The notes under the pieces: model-generated
Databases searched by the model: none
Told to the model about the DNA's origin: nothing
What the model saw: only the letters and a program-made list of their open reading frames with translations
Translations under genes and position numbers: made by a program
Shown here: in pieces, positions 54,656-64,000 of the stretch
How positions within the stretch are numbered: position 1 is the stretch's first letter
Layout of the letters: each line of letters starts with the position of its first letter
Assembly: GCA_951406725.2 (NCBI GenBank)
Contig: OX597826.1
Coordinates: 5,208,001 to 5,272,000 of the forward strand
Reading direction: 5' to 3'
Source of the DNA: Octopus vulgaris
Taxonomy: Eukaryota
DNA length: 64,000 bases

Positions 54656-57600
54656 ATATGTGTGTATATATCAACGTATATATGTTGCATGCACAAATAC
54701 GTACACATACGCTATACATACACATAAAGAACGATTTTCATGGCTGAAGTGATAAAGAGAGAAAATCTAGTTGACTGTTAATGCCTTTATCGGAAGAAAG
54801 ATTAGAAAAACAAATGGGTAAATTTATTTCTAAATGTTTTTATTTATTTACATATCGGTTTCATCTTGTGTCTCTGATAAATACATTTGTAGTTTTCCGA
54901 ATGTCTGTTAGTGTTTTTATATTATTTTAAGTGTTTTCTTTTTATTAAATATATGTCCATCTTAGCTTCTACTTCTACTGTTTTTTTTTATTGTGTGTTT
55001 TGTGTCTACCATTAAATCTTTCTTTAATTATCTGGAGAAGTTTTGTTGAAAAAGAAAACAGAATAGAAATACTTGTCTCTTAACTAACAATGCAAATAAG
55101 AAAACAAACGTAATACTAACCAGTTACACTAATAATAATAACAGTAGCAACAACACTGATAAAAAGTTTTAAAAATACGGGAAAAAACATATTTAGTTAT
55201 AATCTAAATTGAGCATGTTCTCAGTTAATGTTAGTTAAGTATAAAATAAAATCGACTGATAGATTACAGAGACAATAAATTAAAACGAAATAATGGAAGA
55301 AAAACTAAGAAGGAGAGAACAAAAACGAAATCAATTAATATGTTTTCCTAGGAATTTTCGAACCTATCAGTTTAAATTTAATCCACATTTATTTGTTCAG
55401 ATGTTTATACAGTTCAGGCTCTTGTTATTGTTAGTTTTCAATTTGCCGTTTGTTTCTTTGTTTCCATTCTAATTGTATTCATCCTGCTCCTCCTCTCCCT
55501 GCGTGCCCCTCTTCCTCTTCCCTTTCTTTATCCTTATTTTTTTACGGACATGAACTGGAAGAACCAATAATATGTTGTATGGAATCGTTTGATTCTATGG
55601 TTCCAGCTTTCAACGTTCTAAGTTCATTACCCGTGAATGCCATGTATGTCTTTTCATGTGTTTTAGTGGACAGGTAATATAAAATATCACCAACCTTTCA
55701 ATGATCGTACGATTCTTCTCCCGATTATGTTTTGGAGAGCATTTGGAGCTCGGAAGTCCAGTTTTGCCAGATTGGGCCTTGCTGATTTGGACTGTGAAGT
55801 ATTTGCGTTATGGTTATACGAGTCTAATATATTCAACCATTTGCACTAGAATTTTACGTGTAAGAATTGTGTTGATGAAGCGTGTCAGAATTTACTGTTA
55901 AAACCGATGACGAATGGTGTGTTTTGTTCTTCTTTTGCTTGAAAATGTACGAAAATTACACATTTGTATTATGTGCTTTGGCTGTAATTCAAAAAGCAAC
56001 TTGACCATAGGTCACAAACTTATAGGTATCTATGGAATCGTTACGAGACAGAGTTAAACCCTTTGACAGTCACACACGTTGCCCAGTGGAGCTACCAAGA
56101 TTTTCAACTGATGAGAGAGGCGTTACACCGAATATCTGACTGGTATATTATTCCATCAAATTTGCCTTCGGTGGAATTTGAACTCTGAACGTACAGTGCT
56201 GGAGCAAACACCCGAAAATATTTTGTCTGACACTAACAATTTTATCCATACGAGACGTAACAGTGAAAACGAAGGAAAATAACTATATCGAACTTGTAGC
56301 TGCTGGTGCTAATGTTAGTAGTGGTGGTGGTGGTGGTGGGGTGATGTTGGTGGTGGTGGTGAAGCAAAAATGACCGAATTGCTTCTAAATCATGAATGAT
56401 GTTTAGTTACAGTCCTTTACACGAAAGTGGTTTCAGCAATTCATTCAGTCGTTGAGGGTTGATAAAATATGCATCAATAATTTGCTGAGGTCAATTAAAT
56501 TGACCATACGCTACACATTAATCGAATCGTGCTAACATGATGAATCAGAATTAACAGTGCTTCGCTGAGACACGGTTAGAATTGCCACAAATAATTTTTC
56601 CGTTCTGAAAACGATGAGTTTGAGTGTTAATATTGTTGTTGTGTTACCCCAGGTCAAACTATCGTTTTTGAACAGAACGCTGGAAAACTTGGACATGACT
56701 TCTATGAACATACAACTACCAACATAAGAGACAATCATGTATGATATGCCTTTGATCATATAAGTTCTGTTCAATTTGTTAAAGCGTGTTTGTCTGTAAC
56801 GAACATTGATTTGCTTTTATGATCAACACACTTAAACTTGCTTTTCAAGAAAAATACAAACTAAATATGTGTAGGCACATTTACAAGGGAAGAAACAGTA
56901 ATTTTGTTGTTTATTTTTTTAGCCTCATTTCGTTCAACACTACAGTAGCCAGATGTATCAGTTATATATGTGGGATCTTTTAGTGTAGCAGATATTCTTT
57001 CTCTTAAAGTACAAAATGTACAGAGTAATTTCTTTCATAATTTCTCAACTGGTACAGCAATATTTGTAACAGAACATCGCAGTAATGAAATGGATAAATG
57101 AAAACGCAAAAGGCACACCGATCCCAGTTGGATCCTGCACCGCCTGCTATTAAGTGTAAGTAGGGCAGATACAAAGAGAAGTTTTGTCAGTCATCATAAA
57201 TACCTATATAAAATAAAGAACAAAATGCCCGGGATCAAGGGTCTAAAAGAAGTATGACGGATATGGTGTTTATACGTTGTACAGTGGTAAATGAATTACC
57301 CAAAATCTCATAAAATTTCGAAAGTTAACATTCACATCTTGAAGTATGCTCAGAAGAAACTCTATCGCTTGATAAGATTCCAATAAGAGGCACTGATCAC
57401 CAGAGTCCATATATTTCCTGAAATCAACAGGTTTTCAAGTTTGGTTCCTTTTGTTGTGTTGTTGAGGTTGATGTCATTTACGACTGGTCAAATTTACCAT
57501 GAAGATTTGCACTCACTACGATCAACACTACTAGGTGTTGATACAGAAAATCTAGCTTAATCTCATCAGGTAGTGGAAAATCATTAACTTGCAATGTATA

Positions 57601-59009
57601 AAGTAAATTTACAACAGTTGTCGTCATTAACTTTTTTTATCATTTCACTGTTAAATCTTTTTGGGGTAACATTTATAAGTTATCATCCATGTGAAGTGAT
57701 ACTTCTCTTGTCACTTCGGTGGGTGCTAGGCATAACAACTACTTAAAAAGGAACGGTGCTACCCAAAAAAAGAAAAAAAAAAGTAGACAGGTTAAGGACC
57801 ACTGGCCTACATTATTCTTTTAGGTTCGGATTTCTTAACATAGTAGTGTCATCATTCATCTCCAGGAAGCTCTAAGAGTGGAAAACTCTAATCAAAAGCA
57901 ATATGGTCCGAGCTGATATTATACAAAGTCTGTCTTTTCATATAACAATAAGATTTTAGTCCAAAGGTATCTTGTTACTCTTTCTAGCAAATTGTGGTGT
58001 AAAATTACAAAGTAAATCATAATAAATTTATGCATCCTATTTCCAGTCGTTATTTATTTTTTCTTTGTTTATTTCGTTTTTTTTTCTTTTACATTTCTTT
58101 CTAGCAATTTGTGTATTGGCATGGTGCCATTTTATTTAAACCAAGACAGTTAATTGTGCTCGCAGACTATTGCGTTTAAATTTTACTCATCTAATTTAGA
58201 AGTATATTTCCGAAGAGCAATGGTTATTGACATGAATGCCATCGGCAAATGTTCGTTAATATATTAAACGAAGATTTTTAATTAACTTGTAAAACGAAAA
58301 CAAAAAAAAAAAGAAAAGCAAAAAAGAACAAAAGATAAATAAAAAAGCATTAAAAACCTAAAATAATTTCAACAATTATTAGACATAAAAAATATATGTG
58401 TGTATACAAAAAAAAATGTGACATGTAACAAATATCTAATTCCGACTTTTTGTGGTATAAACTGCTTTGAAGAAATAATTACACCTAAATTAGTTGGTGA
58501 AATATTTCAATCTAATGGTCAAAACGATAACATCTTCCATCAAATCATATTAGTTTTTCTTGATAAAAGATATTTATCTATTTGTATAATTTCAGCCAAA
58601 AACATTTGAGCAGCAATTGAATGTAACTAAACAAAGATAATGATAAGATTTTTTTAATATTTATTATTCATTTGCATATTTGTTATTTTTTTTTTTACAA
58701 TTTATGTATTTGTTTATGTTAGAATTTAATTAAATCCGACTAAATGAAGATGAAGTTTTTATTTTCATTTCTGTTTCATCATTCTTCAATCATAGACAAC
58801 TTAGAGTTTTCTATTAGCTATTTGACCCTATTTCAAAATTCCAATCAATTTCAGTAACTGAGTTGTTTCCCATGCATTTGAGAAGAATTGTCATTAACAC
58901 ATATGATTTTCTTTTTCTTTTTCTTTACTACGGATCCAATATACATCTGCAGGGAACGAAACTTGTACTGCAGCCACTTTGATTAATTATCAGAAAAAAG
59001 CTATATTTC

Positions 59010-59083
<74 letters not shown>

Positions 59084-59604
59084 GTGTGTGTGTGCGTGTG
59101 CGTATGTGTATGTGTGTGTGTGAGTGTGTGTATGTATGTATGTACGTGTATCTTCCGGTGGGATTTCGTGACAGAACCGATTGATATTTCGTACACCCGC
59201 TGTTTACCTATTTCAAATGAATATGTAATATGTCAAAGTGGAACAGTTTATGCAATAGAACGGTGCCCTGTTAAGTGGAAAATTTGTCTGTCATTCCATT
59301 GAAATCATTAAACGAAGAATATTCAACATTTGCATAAAGAAAACACTTGGGAGTTGTGAAGACACTGGTATGTCGTCACATTTGTTAGAGATTCACATAA
59401 GCTGACGAGAAATAACAAGCAAGTACGAAATTGTGTAAATATCTTGTGGGTGCATTGTTTTGTTGACAATGGGAGCAACCAACTGAAAGATAAAAAAACG
59501 ACAGCAAATTGTTGTAAGTATGAAACTCAAGACTGCTGGAATTATACCGTTTCTTATTTAGCTTAGTTTACGGCAAAATGGAAGAAAACAATTTACAAAA
59601 ACAA

Positions 59605-59998
59605 CTAGCAGTATAGCCCGGTGTTGCTCGGGTTTGTTTATTTTTATTTGCGCTTAAAACGACCCTTTAGAATTGGAATGTTTGAAAAGTAAAAATTTTG
59701 CATTATGTAGCTTTTATTCTCTTTAAGTGAACATTTTTCTGGTTGAAATACACCGAAAAATGGCGATTTTCATAAATAGGAATTTTCATAAAAAAAAGAA
59801 CCTTTTTGATGTTAATAACTTTTGGTCTGAACATGGTCCGATTTGAATTTTTTCTTCTACGGAATAAAGAGCAAACCTTCTTCTATCATACTCTCGGTTT
59901 TGGTCAACTTGCGCCGCAGGGTCTCGGAGGAGATAGTGTTAGTTGAAGGCTACCAAAGCTGCCACACACAGACAACTTCAGTTTTATATGAAGAGAGA
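59605..59998 (-). mobile_element. non-autonomous Helitron
   Basis: ctagcagtatagcccggtgttgctcgggtttg terminus and gagaga-t opposite end, as at 8444-8819. The interior differs. Confidence 0.75.
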
Positions 59999-60036
59999 TT
60001 ATTATCTATTGACTGCATAGACCTCTGACTTTAGAT

Positions 60037-60423
60037 ACTCTTTACTCTTGTACTCCTTTACTTGTTTCAGTCATTTGACTGTGGCCATGCTGGAGCACTG
60101 CCATTAGTCGAGAAAATCTACCCCAGGACTTATTCTTTGTAAGCCTAGTACTTATTCTATCGGTCTCTTTTGCCGAATCACTAAGTCAAGCGATGTTGGG
60201 GGACAAACACAGACACACAAAAGTATACACACACAGACATATGTATATATACATATATATGACGGGTTTCTTTCAGTTTCCGTCAACCAAATCCACTCAT
60301 AAGGCTTTGATCGGTTCGAGGCTATAGTAGAAGACACTTGCCCAAGGTGCCACGTAGTGGGACTGAACCCAGAACCATGTGGTTGGTAAGCAAGCTACTT
60401 ACCACACGGCCACTCCTACGCCT
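60037..60423 (-). mobile_element. SINE family A, full length
   Basis: Reverse complement matches 28441-28846. Confidence 0.9.
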
Positions 60424-60651
60424 ACATATGTATATATTTATTTTAAATAAGTATGGTGCAATAACGCACCGAGGTATGCCAGTTGTATGCCGTATCACAC
60501 CAACCTTAGTGAAAGATATTAATAGACAAAACAATGACACTGGACCGTCATATCCCAAGGGAAAACATTTGCAGTGAAGTATGTCAATGACAATTGAGTA
60601 TCAATTTAATAAGGCTGATAAATCGTAATGTTATGGAAAGGAAACAACATA

Positions 60652-60901
60652 CCGTAATGCCTCGATATACGCGTTAATTTATTCCCAGACAGTGTTCGTA
60701 AAGCGGAAACTCGTAAAGCACAGCAATGTTATAAATCTTAATTCGTTCCCACGAAGATGTTTACCTAAAAGATTTATAATACTCGTCAATAAATGTCAAG
60801 GAAACGACAGTGGAATGTAAATTTGAACGTTGTGCTTGAAAAATAAAACTCGTAAATCCGAGATATCGTAATACGGTTCCTCGTAAAGTAATGTATTACT
60901 G
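60652..60901. mobile_element. Tigger/pogo-like MITE
   Basis: TA-ccgtaatgcctcgatatacg ... cgtaaagtaatgtattactg-TA imperfect TIRs, with repeated internal tcgtaaa motifs. Confidence 0.5.
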
Positions 60902-61149
60902 TATTTCTCTTCTTCTAATGCATCAACTTACAATTTACTAATAGATACAAAAAAAAACTTCTAATTTTGTTTTTCTTCTACTTGTACGTCTGTTCAATTC
61001 ATTAAACGCGATGTAAAATAAAGTTTGTACCAATATACAATAGTTATTTAAAACAATAACAACAACTTAATCGTCCCCATCCCGTCACTTGCAACAGGCA
61101 AGTCCATAAAAAATACATTCTGCGCTTTGATATAATTATCCGGTGGAAA

Positions 61150-61686
61150 ACGGCGATCTAACTGAATCGTTAGCACACTGGGCATAATGTTCACTGGCAT
61201 TTCGCCCGTCTTTACCATCTGAGTGTGAAGGAGCGTGGCTTAGTGGTTAGGGTATTTGGCTCGCGAGTTCGATTTCCGGCGGTGCGTTGCGTTCTTGAAC
61301 AAGACACTTTATTTTCATATTGCTCCAGTCCACTCAGATGGCAAAAATGAGTAGTATCTGTATTTCAAGGGGCCAGCCTTGTCACACTCTGTGTCATGCT
61401 GAATCTCCCTGTGAAGTATGTGAAAAGGTATGCGAGTCTGTGCGGGGCTTTAACCACTAACACGTTCATCTCACGATTAAACTGTTTCGTTGATTGGATC
61501 AACTAGAAACCTCGTCGTCGTAAGCGACGGTGTGTTAGTTACCTTCTGAGTTCAAATTCCACCGGAGTAGCTTTGTCTTGTATCCTTTTGGAGTCGATAA
61601 AATAAGTACCAGTTGAGCACTGGGGTCGATATAATCGACCTTTCCACCCCGCCAGAGTAGCAGGTCTTGTGCCAAAATTTGAAGAC
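61150..61686 (+). mobile_element. SINE family B interrupted by SINE family C (61227-61538) with a 13-bp TSD
   Basis: ttaccatctgagt (61212-61224) and ttaccttctgagt (61539-61551) flank the insert. Confidence 0.85.
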
Positions 61687-62053
61687 AATATAATAAAGAG
61701 TAGTAAATAATTGTCAGACCCTTATCAGAAATGTCTGACCTTGTGCTGAAATCAAAAAGCAATATATTTATCCGGTGGTAATTATTTTTTTTTTTTTACT
61801 GGAAGTATAGATAGCACAAGAGAGATATTTTGTGGTGATGACTAGTAACTATTCTAGTTGGTGTGTCGCATGAAATATTCACATATATTGACCAAAGAGT
61901 TGAGCATTCGGTGAGGAATGTGTTCGATGTTCGCTTCTTAAACGTCATCATACATACCAACCTGACAACCTAACAAATAAGAAACTAACTAATGAATTAA
62001 ATAATTACCTAATGAACTAACCAAACAAAACGACCAGCTAAATAACCAGCCAA

Positions 62054-62145
<92 letters not shown>

Positions 62146-62200
62146 ATATCTATCTATCTACCTACCTACCTACCTACCTACTTACCTAACTATCTATCTA

Positions 62201-63475
62201 GGGCTGGGCATGCCGTGGTTGATGATGCGCAGACACGCGCTGAGACTGCGACATCTCTGGCTCTATGTAGACGACGGTGAACAGGTGTGGTCGCCGTTTG
62301 TGAGGCACGCTTTCCGCAGCTCGTCTCCATGACCGAACTGCAGTCGTGGATCAAAAAGAGGCCGAAGGAGGGGCGAATGGCACCGCGAGTGTCGCGTTGC
62401 TCTCAAGCAACTCTGCCGTCCTGGGTCGACCTTGAGTGACTTCAACACAACCAAAGCATTCTATAGGGGTTTAGTGGAGGGGAGGTACGACGACGAGCTC
62501 GGGGCGAACCTGGACGTCGACGAGGAGTACCTGACCCGCCTGTTCAGGACGACTTTCGGGCCAGGGCCTATGGACAACTTCCATAGATCCCTGGCCTGGC
62601 AGTGCTACCGAGAAGCGCTACCCGTTCGGGATAAGCTCTACAGACACGGCTCGAGAAACACGGGGCCGACCTGCCCGAGATGCGGTCAGAGCGACGAAAC
62701 CGTTCTGCACGCACTCGTGCAGTGTCCAACAATTTCCGACCTGTGGGCTTATGTCGAACAACTGCTGTCACGTGTGGGACGAGTCGGTTTATCAGCTGAG
62801 TCTATCGTCAATATTGTCACGCCTCCCTCCTTCAAACGGGAAGGAAGAGCTATTTTCATCATCCCTGTGTCTATGGCGAAAGAATGTATCTGGTGGACGC
62901 GTCTGAAAGGATTGGAGACAAACACTTTCCTCTCTGGTCAATCTCTCATCAACTTCTTCAAGTACCACTTGAAAAGGAAAGTGAGAGTAGAGAGGCAAGT
63001 TTTGTCTAGCGAATGTTTTAAAAAAAGATGGGTGAATGTAGCAAGAATGGCACGTATGAATGACGAAGCCACCTTGAGCATGATCCTATGAACCTAGAAA
63101 TTGAAAACAGAGAGTTGCTTATTCGCAAAAAAAAAAAAAAAGAAATATAACATGTGACTCCATTGACCGAGGTTACCGTGGTCTTTTCCGTAGGCTTTTC
63201 TTTCCACGGGTAAACCTCACCTGTCCTCCCCTTTACACTTCATATTGACATTTCTGTGATAACGATCCCTATTGATCAATTTAAAAAAATTTTTTTTTTC
63301 CTCTCCCCCCTTTTTTTTTAACCCCCCTTTTTTTTGTCCTCTTTCTCTCCTTTCACGATCCCTTTTGATCGAAACTCCCCTTCCTTTTTTTTTTTTTTAA
63401 ACCTTCAAAAGAAAAGCTCTACCTTGTAATTTGTTCTATCTGTGTGCAGCCCTGTGTGGCTAATAAAGAAACATA
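62201..63475 (+). mobile_element. 5'-truncated Tx1/L1-clade LINE 3' end (ORF2 C-terminus with zf-RVT-type CCHC, 3' UTR, AATAAA) inserted in (TATC)n
   Basis: GLGMPWL... (frameshift near 62313) ...LAWQCYREALPVRDKL...CPRCGQSDETVLHALVQCP...IWWTR. Stop at 63091, AATAAA at 63462-63467, (CTAT)n on both sides. Confidence 0.9.
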
Positions 63476-63477
63476 TG

Positions 63478-63535
<58 letters not shown>

Positions 63536-63572
63536 GCTAGCTAGATTGCTAGCTATCTATCTAGCTATATAC

Positions 63573-63639
<67 letters not shown>

Positions 63640-64000
63640 CCATCCATCTATGTCTGTCTGACGCTCTCTATATGTCTATCTAATTAACTAAATAACCAAT
63701 TAACTCCAATGTATGAAAATTTATATGGTTTCAAAGAAAGCGAACATAAGTTAGCGCAGCAGCGTAGATGTGTGCAACATTTAGAAGGAGGTCGCTGTAA
63801 CCTTCAAGTAATCCAGCAACATGGCGTAGTATTGAGTCTCGCAGTGGGAATATTTACCTATTCCTTAATGTCATTAAAAATGCATGAAATGTAACAACTC
63901 ATTTATGCCCATCCATAAAACTTAGCTGTATTAGTCAAGAGAAAAATAGATCTCAAGAAAGTAAAATCATTACTGTAAAGGTTGCTTGGGAGGAGCGGCA

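Noticed and set aside
55690-57900. Protein-like frames in unique sequence (possible exons or Penelope linker)
   Set aside because: Frames contain stops and no recognisable motif or paired splice sites.

Overview
This is AT-rich, microsatellite-saturated, non-coding eukaryotic DNA, either intronic or intergenic. The repeat content suggests a coleoid cephalopod such as Octopus; that is an inference. I found no intact host gene, and nearly all entries in the ORF track are translations of simple repeats. The window holds many tRNA-derived SINEs in at least three modular families. It also holds decayed retroelements (a Tx1/L1-clade 3' end inside (TATC)n, an R4/Dong-like RLE 3' end inside (AAT)n, several Penelope-like GIY-YIG fragments) and DNA transposon relics (Tigger/pogo, mariner, Tc1-like, piggyBac-like and Tigger-like MITEs, non-autonomous Helitrons). 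The most interesting signal is about ten minimal type-I hammerhead-ribozyme-like motifs in short repeats next to microsatellites. Their cores vary (G3:C8 and U3:A8 compensatory swaps, C4, U6), and one pair sits in a 155-bp palindrome. All calls come from reading by eye, and element boundaries are approximate.
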